Source of the DNA: Octopus sinensis
Lineage: Eukaryota
DNA length: 64,000 bases
Direction of reading: 5' to 3'
Assembly: GCF_006345805.1 (NCBI RefSeq)
Contig: NC_043003.1
Coordinates: forward strand, 68,200,001-68,264,000
Shown: positions 40,613 through 52,458 of the stretch, piece by piece
Position numbering within the stretch: the first letter of the stretch is position 1
Layout: the number at the start of each line of letters is the position of its first letter
Made by a program: the position numbers and the translations under genes
The notes under the pieces: model-generated
Seen by the model: only the letters and a program-made list of their open reading frames with translations
What the model was told of the DNA's origin: nothing
Database searches by the model: none

Positions 40613-40812
40613 TCGTCACAATTTCGACGTATATAATATTGTCTTAATGATGTTAATGTGAACGACATTTCAACTTATTAACTCTTATCAAATATGAACG
40701 ATACTCAGTAGTGAAGATACATTCAGTTCAGCTTTATTATACTAAAGTCTATTGCGTATACTTGGGAAAAGACTTCTTGTATCTGTTCTTTTACTTACTT
40801 CAATTACTAGTT

Positions 40813-41020
40813 TGCCACTATACTAGAGCACCGCCTTGAAGAATTGTTGGTCGAATATTTTTTATTCTCTCTTAAGCCTAATAAGTATTCTATCTGTCCT
40901 TTTCGCTGAACTGCTAGGTTACGGGGCGCAATAGTAGAAGACACTTGCTCAAGTTGCTACGAAGCGGAACTGAATCCGAAATTATATAGTTGGGAATCAA
41001 GCTTCTTACGACGAAGCCAC
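40813..41020 (-). mobile_element. SINE family A copy lacking the internal microsatellite
   Basis: Tail gagcaccgccttg..ttacgggg joins directly to head atagtagaagacacttgc.. Confidence 0.7.
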
Positions 41021-41646
41021 GCATGCACCTCTGTTTTTAATCTTCGAAATAGAGTTGTAATTACCTCAGCGCGTACGTATGTCTAATTACATATCTTTAA
41101 TTAGATATGTAAAGGCACATTCTGTATCAGATATGTTAACACTTAGTTTTTAATTACAAATACACTTGATATAGAAATGTACATCTTCACGTGTGTTCTT
41201 GGTTTCATTTCATTCTTGAAATCTGAAGTAGTTAGGTTTTTACTTCCTCACCGTAATCTATTGTCTACTAAATCGTTTACCAGCCTTGTATATATTGATT
41301 CTGCAGAAACTAAACTTCATGTTGTAGTATATCATATATCCAACTAACAAATATCTATGTTAACTAATTTTATTCATAAACGGATTTTCTTATGAAACCA
41401 ACGGTGACCTCTGAAGATGGCCAGTTGATCTACAAGAAACTGCCAATCTACTTCCCTGTAGCCTGAATCTTATTTACCTACTTAATGTAAAATGCACATT
41501 CTGAAACCTGCAGTGCTTAAAACAAAGGATTAGCAAATTAAATTACTTGTAATATCCCATTTGAAGCTAAATGTTGATAAAAGAACGATAACAGAAATGT
41601 AAAGTAATATTTAAAAGATATTTTCAAACACACATACACACACACA

Positions 41647-41688
<42 letters not shown>

Positions 41689-41689
<1 letters not shown>

Positions 41690-41722
41690 TAGCTTCAGGT
41701 GGCCCGCTCTACGTGCGGGTAA
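41689..41722 (-). mobile_element. Helitron-like 3' terminus
   Basis: Minus strand reads cccgc-acgtaga-gcggg hairpin, 10 nt, then CTAG|T next to a TA run. Confidence 0.55.
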
Positions 41723-41754
41723 GAGTGTGGTTGTTACTTTCTGTTGCTTCCTTT

Positions 41755-42065
41755 CAGCACGTAAAAAGCAATATCCGAACGTGGCCGATGGCAGCGCCGC
41801 CTTGACTGTCTTCTGTGCCGGTGGCACGTAAAAAGCACCAACCGATCGTGGCCGCTAGCAGCCCCCCTGGCACCTGTGCCAGCGGCACGAAAAAAGCGCC
41901 CACTACACTCACAGTGGTTGGTGTTAGGAAGGGCAGCTGTAGAAACAGTGCCAGATCAGACTGGAGCCTGGTGCAGCCTCCTGGCTTCCCAGACTCTGGT
42001 CAAACTGTCCAACCCTTGCTAGCACGGAAAACGGACGTTAAACGATGATGATAATGATGATGATG
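41755..42065 (+). mobile_element. 3' end of a LINE or LINE-related SINE ending in (GAT)n
   Basis: Three gcacg(t/a)aaaaagc modules, gttggtgttaggaaggg, then ccaacccttgctagcacggaaaacggacgttaaacgatgatgat. Confidence 0.7.
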
Positions 42066-42899
42066 ACGAATCTCCCTCTTTGTTTCTCTCTCCTTTCCTT
42101 CTCACTTTCCCACACTCTTACTTTTCTTTTCTCTCGGACTCTCCCTCGCTTTCTCTTACTCTCTATCTTTATCTATCTCTCTCCCATTTATAAACAACAA
42201 AAGATCTTGAGTAAGTTGAGAAATAAAATATTTTGAAAGATCAATCATAAATATCAGGCAGTGACAACGGGAAGGTCTGCTTCAAGGCAGACAGCAAAAC
42301 ACTAACATTTAAAAGGGACAGACGAACTTACGAGCTGAATAAAAAATAATAAAATATTGGAAACCAAAGTTTGATGGGATAGAATCTGAGGATAGTAGAG
42401 TCACCATTTCTTAACGACGGACAACAACGTATTGACAGTTTAACGGCTGGCGTAAAAGTTTGAACTTGATGTAAAAGAAAATTCCTAAACACCAAGTTTT
42501 GAAGTGATTCTTTCTCACGACAGTAGACTCACCATGGCAAGCATTCAAAACTTCTTCATCATGGACGGCAACACATTGACAATTAAAAGGCTGGAGCAAA
42601 TTTTTTAGCTTGAAGTAACAGAGAATTCGTAAACACCCGCTCCTGTAAATTTTAATCCCCTTCTAGCCCCATTTAGACCTCTTTTCACATTTTGGTTAAT
42701 ATAACCCGATTTCATTCGGGTGTAGTGGGGCCACATTTTATAAGATGAGGAATTTTGTCCTAGAGGTCACGCCTTTCATTTGAGGAAAAAATAGTTGTCA
42801 TGCAAAATCGCCAGCACTTTTAACATATATGTATATATATATATATATGTGTGCGTGTGTGTGTGTGTGTGTGTACGCATTATATATACAAATGTATAC

Positions 42900-42968
<69 letters not shown>

Positions 42969-43299
42969 AAAATTAAATTAGAGATAAAACAACTAATAGG
43001 CAAATCAAACAGTGAAAAACATAAACCAAAACATAAAAATAAAAATATAATATACAAAATATGTAAAATATAAAATTGAAAACTTTAAATTATTTAAATT
43101 TAAAATTAAAATTATTAATTTATATTTATAATTTTAAAAATATATATATAACTATCAAAAAGTATTACAAAGTTTAATATACATAAATACAGCTATATAC
43201 ACTTTGTATATATACATTATATATACATATTTATATATAGAACATACACACACACACATATATAAATTAACCCAATAACTATCTCATTTATAATATTTG

Positions 43300-43360
43300 T
43301 TCTCATGATTGCGTTGTGGTGGTGGCGATGATAATACTCTCTATGAATGCAGACAGACGT

Positions 43361-43391
<31 letters not shown>

Positions 43392-43755
43392 TGTGAAAGC
43401 GCTGTCGAAGGCGGGAAGGGGGAGATATAGAACTCTGTGAAACGACGTTATAAAGAGAAATTGAAGGGAGATAGACGCTGTGAAACGACGTTATAGATAG
43501 AATGTGATGGGAAAGGAGGAAAGAGAGTGAGTGATGGAGGAAGACAGATACATAAAAGAGAGTAGATTTGTCAAAGTGCGTTTTTGGCCCTAGCAACGAT
43601 ACCTTTTAAGATGGGGATTTCTAACCTAGCCCACTCGCATCCTTACCTCATTTTACATGTCCCTGTAAATTTGGGAGTCAATCCGACTGGTTCTAGTGGC
43701 CTTTAACCCGTTCTCAATGCCAAAACCAGACAAACAAACTTTTCGCATTTCAGAT

Positions 43756-43765
<10 letters not shown>
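43300..43765 (-). mobile_element. Non-autonomous Helitron-like 5' portion
   Basis: cagacaaacaaacttttcgcattt..tataata resembles the reverse complement of Lep1-type Helitron 5' ends. Confidence 0.4.
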
Positions 43766-43815
<50 letters not shown>

Positions 43816-43818
<3 letters not shown>

Positions 43819-44220
43819 AAACAAGTCAAAAATAGAAAATGCTAAGATAATTTTATAGTGAATCTTTCAGTACCGGTTTCGGTCATTTTGAGACCTTTTC
43901 AACTGTAACGAATAAATAATTAAATTTAGAAAAATTAGAAGAAAAGTTTTTTTTAAAGGAATATTTCTATAGTAGTGTTCAGATATAAGTGGCATTCTGC
44001 CTTTCTCTGACTCCCTTGTTTGCACTTGTGTGTTCGAGGTCGTTGTGAGTTCTTGGTAGGGTAGAAGAAGCAGAAGGCTGATGTGGAGAGGGTGTGGGGA
44101 AATCTGGGAATGCCTTGATGGTCGTATTTTGAATGGTCAGTGGCGGACAGCAGTCGCAGTTCAATTCAGGAATTGTTTATGGAATTTGCGTAGGCGTTAT
44201 ACTGAAAGGCATTAGTGACA
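43816..44220 (-). mobile_element. PLE-like 3' terminal region beside (TA)n
   Basis: Contains the hammerhead-like motif at 43868-43905; abuts a TA run. Confidence 0.6.
43868..43905 (-). ncRNA. Minimal hammerhead-like motif with mutated core
   Basis: Minus strand reads cag-ttgaaaa-ggtc-tcaaaat-gacc-gaaa-ccggt-a-ctg; stems I and II pair, stem III is palindromic ACCGGU, core is UUGAAAA rather than CUGANGA. Confidence 0.55.
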
Positions 44221-44231
44221 AGGTTAAGGGG

Positions 44232-44450
44232 TAGAAGGTGGAGAAGTAGAAGAAGAAGAAGATGACGATGTTGATGATGATGATGAAGAAGAAGAAGAAG
44301 AAGAAGAAGAAGAAGAAGAAGAAGAAGAAGAAGAAGAAGAAGAAGAAGGAGAAGGAGAAGATGATGATGATGATGATGGTGGTGATGATGATGACGACGA
44401 TGATGATGATAATGATGATGATGAAGAAGAAGAAGAGGAAGAAAAAAAAC
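44232..44450. repeat. (GAA)n/(GAT)n compound repeat
   Basis: Directly visible. Confidence 0.95.
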
Positions 44451-44563
44451 AGAGAAGGGAGAAGGGTGAAAGTATAGCTGTGATGGGGCTGATTAGTAAT
44501 GGATTCTATGGAATGTAATATTTGTGTGTGTATATATTTCTTTTATTCTAAAGTTGAGGCATA

Positions 44564-44903
44564 TTAATTGTTTGTCGTAGACCCGTTAAGAAGTGGCCTG
44601 TATTTTGTAATAAAGAGATTTTCTTTACTTATTCGTTGTCTCGAGGTTGTATCGTCTCTAAATTGGTAGAGGGGGAAAACCCTGAAGTTTGGTGTTTTTT
44701 TGTTGGCACAAGTATATATGTGTTGGTTCAAAGCTATTTTTCTGTTTTGGGGAATTTTTATCTGGGATCTGTGCAGGGCCATTCGTTTACGCAAACCATT
44801 TTTTGTTTGGCCTATGTACTGCTCTTGACACCCGGAGCAGGTTAGTGAGTATATTAGGTTCTCCGAAGCACATGTGAAGTTGCTTTTCAGTGTAAACCGT
44901 TGT

Positions 44904-44906
<3 letters not shown>
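44564..44906 (-). mobile_element. 5'-truncated PLE GIY-YIG endonuclease domain (Neptune-like), open frame
   Basis: QRFTLKSNFTCASENLIYSLTCSGCQEQYIGQTKNGLRKRMALHRSQI..QHIYTCA..RISKENLFITKYRPLLN with no stop; begins at a (TA)n run. Confidence 0.9.
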
Positions 44907-44962
<56 letters not shown>

Positions 44963-44963
<1 letters not shown>

Positions 44964-45167
44964 GGTCAGGACGCCATGATAGATCGTTAGCTCCTACACT
45001 CATTTTTTCTCTCCTTGTTTTTTCTGTGTATCTTTCTGTCGAAGAGCGTAGGCTCGAAACGTAAAGGACTTGTTCTATTTCTATTCCTGAGCTCCATACT
45101 AATACATTTGTTTGTTTGTACTCCACCTGCCTTCGTCTTTTGTTTATTTTCGTAAACCTTCCCGTTA
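44963..45167 (+). mobile_element. ~200-bp solo PLE-terminus-like element inside (TA)n with a hammerhead-like motif
   Basis: cttt-ctgtcga-a-gagc-gtag-gctc-gaaa-cgta-aagg at 45032-45067; TA runs on both sides. Confidence 0.65.
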
Positions 45168-45169
45168 TA

Positions 45170-45234
<65 letters not shown>

Positions 45235-46439
45235 GTATGTATATATATATCCATATGTGCATAACGTCCACACATATAAACACATGTCCATACAAACACA
45301 CATGCACACTCAGAAATTTCTGAGTGTATATTTTCGAAAGAGTATATCAATAGCTCGCACCATTGTGTAGTATTTCGGATATGACTTTTCTCTTGGGAAT
45401 TGTATTATTCTTCTAACTTGCGACAATGCCTTCTTCAATATTGTTGGATGAACGGTTTTCATGACATCGATCGTTACTTGACAATAGAAACAATTTAAAT
45501 ACATGTCTTATTTACAAAGATATGCATACATATTTATTTTTAATCTGTACATGTTATTCTTTGAGGAATAATTTCGCCTTCACAGAAATCCATTTTGTCA
45601 CGAGAAAAGTTGCAAAAATGTTTTTTTTCTTATTTCAGTTAATACAATTCTAGGGATTGTGAAGATGTAAATGTGATGTAGTTTGTGTGTTCATGCCGGT
45701 TTTATTCAGATATATTTGCATACATTTAATGCATGCTTTGTATAGAAACATTTGCGTGCATATTTCTTTATTACACGAAAGTGAGTGAGGAAGGGGTTTT
45801 TTTGGTGGGGGGGTCATATTTATGTGCATGTATATCATATGTAGACACGCCATTCCTTTTCTCTGTTCATTTAAAGAAATACGAGTGAAGAATTATGGAA
45901 TGTTTTACAAATTTTACAATACCGTTAATAGATCGGTTTCGTAAATGCAAGTTAATTTATTATATTTTAAAAAGAATTGCATGAATCCTAGGCTTCTAAT
46001 CAAGACTAGAGGAAAATATGGTAGTGCGTGCAAAAAGGAATTTCTAGCCGACATACAAGGGATGTAAGTTGTGCATTAGTTCTCAATATATATTCATTAG
46101 TTTCACAATTCTAAGCTAAGCATTCGGATTCACAGGGCAGATAAACACTAGTTCACAGCATGACAACTTATGCCTCCTTCAGAAAGATATTAGACATATT
46201 GGTTTTGCACCAATCTGAAAATGTTACAATAATATTCCTCATTTATAACGGTTTGTGTACATTGTGGTTTTGATACGCCATATATATGATGGATGACCAG
46301 GGCACATATAACGCACATTATTTAAAGCGTCCATGAGTTAAGCAGACGTAATTTCATGTTCCTGAATAGTAAAGGGATACCCCACTAGGTATTATGTGAT
46401 ATAGCGATATATCAAGAATATATATCCCAGAATAGATAC

Positions 46440-47500
46440 ACTTCTCTTGAATGAAGTTTTTTCTATGGCTTGTACCATATTTAGCCATACATACCTTAGC
46501 TTGCGGCTGCTATGTGGAGTATTTCCTCGCTATTGTGCTTACCGGGTTTTGTCAAGCTACATTCTGCTTGTACACTGAAATATTCTTTGCATGTGTCACA
46601 ACCGACTGTCGTGATGTAATTTCGTCTAACGTGCACATTTCTCTCTTAAGTGATCCCTAAATGGAGCGTGAGTGAAAATACGTGACACTCAAAGACAGTG
46701 TGGTATGGCCTTATCCGTCTTGTATCTAACATTCAGTCTAACGTAGATGTTCTTAGTGTCACTACGCACATGCAATCGTTAGAGGGGTAAGTATACTTGA
46801 TACCAATTCAGAGTCCTCTCCAAGTATCCAGTCTAATATCCGAATGTCGATCCCAACACCGGTTCTGTAATGGTGTCACGGAAGACAAGTATCATCGATT
46901 TTCTTAACGTCTGACTTCTACGGATACTTTTTTGTCAGTAGCTTTCATGACACCATCAGAAACTTACACAACATTTCCACTAATTTAGATATAAATAAGA
47001 CATTTATTCTTTTCTAGACATACGAAGTGGAAAAGTCTTTGATTACCGTATTCTCTATACATTGCTCATATTAGTCATCTATTCAAGATTAACTGGTAAA
47101 TATGAACATTTACAAACAGGGCACTGAAGCGTTCCTTGCTTTGAGTAAAAGAAAATACAGGCGGAACAGTTAAGATTTTATCCAGCATATTCCCGCCTGA
47201 CATCCACGCACTAAATGTATTTAGTCCTTCAGTGCTTCTACGCCCTGTCAAAGAACTCGGAATGTTGGAGGCCCCAACCAAGTCTTTTACAATACTTTCA
47301 GTACCAGGAACGTTTCGGGATCTCCTCGTATACTAACTAAAAGGCATTCCGTGAGAATGGTGTAACGAGCTGTTTTGTTATCTTTGCATATTCACTAAAT
47401 TATCTTCGTCAGTTTTATAGATAAGGTGTCGCAGTAGCATATTCCTTGCCATCATGGTATGGAATCATGAATGTTTGGCAATCCTTCGAAAATATTTAAA
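46440..47500 (-). pseudogene. Possible very old LINE RT relic
   Basis: Higher-GC block with fragmentary protein-like frames; family not resolved. Confidence 0.25.
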
Positions 47501-47571
47501 TGGAATTCAGTACTCTGACCAAGCGAATTCGTAATAAGTTGTTACTTTGAAAATTTATATATATAAACCCG

Positions 47572-47898
47572 ACAAGATTCTTTCAGTTTCCGATTAACAA
47601 ATCGACTCACAAGGCTATGGTTGTCCTGAGGCTATACTAGTATACACTTGCCCAAGTTATACGCAATAGTACCGAACCCGAAACCATGTGGTTGAGAGGC
47701 ACACTTGTTACCACGCATCTAACCCTGGGCTATATATACATATATATATATATATATAGTACTGGAGTGGTTTCTTTCCACGTAACAAATCCCTTCACAA
47801 GGCTTTGGTCATCTTGGCTTTTTAGTTGAAGAAACTTGCCCAAGATGCCATCAATAACTAATTGGTTGGGAAGCAAACGTCTTACTACACAGCTGGTT
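47572..47898 (-). mobile_element. Two degenerate SINE family A heads
   Basis: ttctttcagtttcc..tcacaaggct..cttgcccaag..ccatgtggttg, twice. Confidence 0.7.
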
Positions 47899-48054
47899 TT
47901 GTGCCTTAAATGTATAGGTAGCAATAAACGCTACGTTCACATAGAGTAGAGATATTGTGTCTAAAAGTACAGAATCAAATGGAGTCGTTTAATTATGCGT
48001 TTCGTACATATTGACTATATTGTTCAGCATTGTTCTCAAGTACTAGTTAAGCAC

Positions 48055-49341
48055 GTGGAGGCGGGTGGCCTAGTGGTTAGAATGTCATAACCATGATCGT
48101 AAGATTGTGGTTTCGATTCCTGGACCTGGCGACGCGTTGTGTTCTTGAGGAAAACATTTCATTTCACGTTGCTCCAGACCACTCAGCTGGCAAAAATGAG
48201 TAACGCTGTGATCGACTGGCGCCCCATCCAGCTGGGAAACACATACGCTATAGAAACCGGGAAACCGGACCCATGTGCCTTGCTAGGCTTGAAAAAGAGC
48301 GCATTTATTTTTGTGGAGGCACATGGCTTAGTGGCTAAGGTGTCAGCACCATGATAGTAAGATTGTGGTTTCGATTCCTGGACCTGGCGACGCTTTGTGT
48401 TCTTGAGCAAAACACTTCATTTCACGTTGCTCCAGTCCACTCAGCTGGCAAAAATGAGTAACGATGAGATCGACTGGCGCCCCATTCAGCTGGGAAACGC
48501 ATACGGCATAGAAACCGGGAAACCGGGCCCATGTGCCTTGCTAGGCTTGAAAAAGAGCGCATTTATTTTTGTGGAGGCACGTGGCTTAGTGGCTAGGATG
48601 TCAGTACCATGATAGTAAGATTGTGGTTTCGATTCCTGGACCTGGCGACGCGTTGTGTTCTTGAGCAAAACACTTCATTTCACGTTGCTCCAGTCCACTC
48701 AGCTGGCAAAAATGAGTAACGATGAGATCGACTGGCGCCCCATTCAGCTGGGAAACACATACGGCATAGAAACCGGGAAACCGGGCCCATGTGCCTTGCT
48801 AGGCTTGAAAAAGAGCACATTTATTTTTGTGGAGCCACGTGGCTTAGTGGCTAGGATGTCAGTACCATGATAGTAAGATTGTGGTTTCGATTCCTGGACC
48901 TGGCGACGCGTTGTGTTCTTGAGCAAAACACTTCATTTCACGTTGCTCCAGTCCACTCAGCTGGCAAAAATGAGTAACGATGAGATCGACTGGCGCCCCA
49001 TTCAGCTGCGAAACACATACGGCATAGAAACCGGGAAACCGGGCCCATGTGCCTTGCTAGGCTTGAAAAAGACGCATTTATTTTTGTGGAGGCACATGGC
49101 TTAGTGACTAAGGTGTCAGCACCATGATAGTAAGATTGTGGTTTCGATTCCTGGACCTGGCGACGCGTTGTGTTCTTGAGCAAACACTTCATTTCACGTT
49201 GCTCCAGTCCACTCAGCTGGCAAAAATGAGTAACGCTGAGATCGACTGGCGCTCCATCCAGCTGGGAAACACATATGGTATAGAAACCGGGAAATTGGGC
49301 CCATGTGCCTTGCTAGGCTTGAAAAGGGGCACATGTAATTT
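48055..49341 (+). mobile_element. Five-unit head-to-tail array of SINE family B, 258-bp period
   Basis: Units start at 48055, 48313, 48571, 48829 and 49086; flanked by tactagttaagcac at 48041-48054 and 49342-49355. Confidence 0.95.
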
Positions 49342-49466
49342 TACTAGTTAAGCACACATCTAGACAATATTTTCTTCTGAAGCTTATCAGTCACCAAATA
49401 GTTCGTTTCGCAGTGATCCTGTAGACATGGGTATCTGTTTGTATGTGCTTTGTTTGTGTGTGTGTG

Positions 49467-49564
<98 letters not shown>

Positions 49565-49770
49565 GTGATGGGGTCTCTATATTTTGTAGAAAGGTTTGAA
49601 ATATCCTTCAAGCAAGATTTGTTTACATTCGGATTATTTCGGTATTTAACAGAAAACATAACTATATTAACTGGCAGCAGGTGAAAGGAAACATGTTTAC
49701 ACTGGAAGAATGAAAGTGTATTAGTAATTTTCCGAAATAATAACAAACACAGCAACGCAAATTTAGAAGC

Positions 49771-49792
49771 AATGATAATAATGATAATAATA

Positions 49793-49855
<63 letters not shown>

Positions 49856-49943
49856 TCAGGAATAAGAACAAACATGAATCAAATCAATAGTAGTAGTAGT
49901 GGTGGTGGTGGTGGTGGTGGTGGTGATGGTGGTGGTGGTGGTA

Positions 49944-50019
<76 letters not shown>

Positions 50020-50023
50020 TAGC

Positions 50024-50054
<31 letters not shown>

Positions 50055-50055
50055 A
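49771..50055. repeat. (AAT)n, (GGT)n and (AGT)n microsatellites
   Basis: Directly visible. Confidence 0.95.
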
Positions 50056-50399
50056 TTATCAATGTCATAGGTAAAATAATATCGACGCCAACTATGTATT
50101 GCATTTTGAGAAGTTGTTTATGAAACGGCTTACAGTAAACAACTTTGAGAATGCTAAAATAAATTCTTTTTAACAAGAGCATACTTTATGAATATCAAAA
50201 TGTTATTTGTATTTCCACATTTTTATTTCCTGTAGAAATTATTATTCGAAACTCAAAATTAAGTAACAATATATGTATATTCGAATTTTTTTTATTGATA
50301 TTGTATTTTTCCTCTCACTTGCTCCACGTCACTCAACATATGTACGAGTATTAAATACAGAGAAATAAATACATGCATGCATACATGCAAGCATATATA

Positions 50400-50940
50400 G
50401 GCGAAGGAGTGTCTGTGTAATAAGTAGCTTGCTGAAGAACTACATGGTTCCGGGTTCAGTCCCACTGCGTGGCACCTTGGGCAAGTGTCATCTACTATAG
50501 CCTCGGGCCGTCCAAAGCCTTGTGAGTGGATTTGGTAGACGGAAACTATAGGCGTAGTAGTGGCTGTGTGGTAAGTTGCTTGCTTACGAAGCACATGGTT
50601 CTGGGTTCAGTCCCACAGCGTGGTACCTTGGGAAAGATTGTTCTACTATCGGATCGGGCCGACCAAAGACTTGTGAGTGGATTTGGTAGACGGAAACAGA
50701 AAGAAGCCCGTCGTATATATGTACATATATATGTATGTGTGTGTATAGGTTTGTGTTTGTCCCGCCATCATTGCTTGACAACCAATGCTGGTGTGTTTAG
50801 CGGTTCGGCACAATAGACCGATAGAATAAGCACTAGGCTTCCAAAGAATAAGTCCTGGGGTCGATTTGCTCGACTAAAGGCGGTGCTCCAGTATGGCCAC
50901 AGTCAAATGACTGAAACAGGTAAAAGAGTAAAAGAGTACA
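50400..50940 (+). mobile_element. SINE family A with duplicated head
   Basis: Head 1 at ~50400-50548 and head 2 from ~50549, followed by the middle and the tail ..ggcggtgctccagtatggccacagtcaaatgactgaaac. Confidence 0.9.
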
Positions 50941-50944
50941 TTTA

Positions 50945-51049
50945 TATAAAAAGAGATAGACATGCATACATACATACATACATACGGACGGACGGACGGA
51001 CGGACAGACAGACAGACAGACAGCCAGACAGACAGACAGACAGACAGAC

Positions 51050-51114
<65 letters not shown>

Positions 51115-51115
51115 T
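50945..51115. repeat. Graded tetranucleotide array (CATA)-(CGGA)-(CAGA)-(TAGA)
   Basis: Directly visible. Confidence 0.9.
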
Positions 51116-52224
51116 GTATATGGTACTTTCAGATCATAATATCTGAAGGAGCAGATGGACTTTAGAATCATAACATTTCCCTATATTATGTCTTGCATTA
51201 CATGGCATTGTATGATTTGCATAAAATTGTATGTGATGTTCAATAAATATGCTGTCAGTTCACGGCAACATTTGTAATGTCAGTTTGACTTCTTCTTTCC
51301 TCATTTGAATTATTCATTTTACTTTTCACTCCGCGGTGTATATTTTAAGCTTACTGCTTCTTACCTGGGATTGTGTAGTACTCCCATTTATATCGACCAA
51401 ATTCTTATGGATATACTGATTTTGGAATACTACGCTTGCCAACATCCGGCATGATGTGCTAACGAGGTGATAGTCACGATTATATCATCTCCTCAAACTG
51501 CGTACATATGTGTGTGACTACATATACAAAATTAAGTGTGTGTACACATGCTTATGTATAAACTAGTGTGTGAACACATGCCTATATATACGGCTACAGA
51601 GCCTCGATTAAATAAAAAAAACATCTGAACAGTACCGGATTGGTATTTATATTCTTTATCTCACCAGAAGAAAGGACGTACGATTCAAAATCGTTGATAT
51701 CATAACTTCAAACTGAAACAGGCGATACTAAATATATTAAGGATTGTTTCTTCCTTAATTTTAACACTCCACGAATATCGAAAACGGTTAAGTTCTAAAT
51801 AGTTGTCACATATTCTATAAATGGCAGTTAAATATATCTTAATCTTCACATTACACTTTTAAAAAGAAGACTAACATTGAATATTATATAGTCGAAAACA
51901 TTTGATCGTTCATCCAGTCTTCCTTTGAATAGAATAATATCATTAAATAGCATTAAATTCTATTATAGAAACTTAAATATCTAATCCATTTTTATCTCCT
52001 ATTTTAACTACTATAGACAACATATATATTTGTTTCGAAAATTCACGGTGATAAAATTGTACAGTACTCTTCCGGTAATTTGCCACCCCTTCCGACAAAA
52101 TAATTATTGTTGGGACTATATTATTTCCGTGAATAGTGATGGTATTATATAGGCTGTTATCCGTGGTATTTAGCAACAAATACAAAAGAAAATGTGAAGT
52201 ATACTACAATATACTGGGACATAT

Positions 52225-52458
52225 ATTTCTTTATTACTCACAAGGGGCTAAACATAGAGGGGACAAACAAGGACAGACTAAAGTATTAAGTCGATTACAT
52301 CGACCCCAGTGCGAAACTGGTACTTTATTTTATCGACCCCGAAAGGATGAAAGGCAAAGTCGACCTCGGCGGAATTTGAACACAGAACGTAACGACAGAC
52401 GAGATACCGCTAGGCATTTCGCCCGGCGCGCTAACGTTTCTGCCAGCTCGCCGCATTC
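52225..52458 (-). mobile_element. Full-length SINE family D monomer with 16-bp TSD
   Basis: atatactgggacatat at 52209-52224 and 52459-52474 flanks the element. Confidence 0.92.

Noticed and set aside
43050-43290. Extremely AT-rich stretch resembling a mitochondrial control region
   Set aside because: Only degenerate TA/AAT low complexity, with no mitochondrial gene signature
48055-49341. CRISPR-like or LTR interpretation of the array
   Set aside because: Units are contiguous 258-bp SINEs with no unique spacers, in a eukaryotic context
48139-49351. Repeated 60-84 aa ORFs
   Set aside because: Incidental frames within the SINE units; the same frames appear in other family B copies
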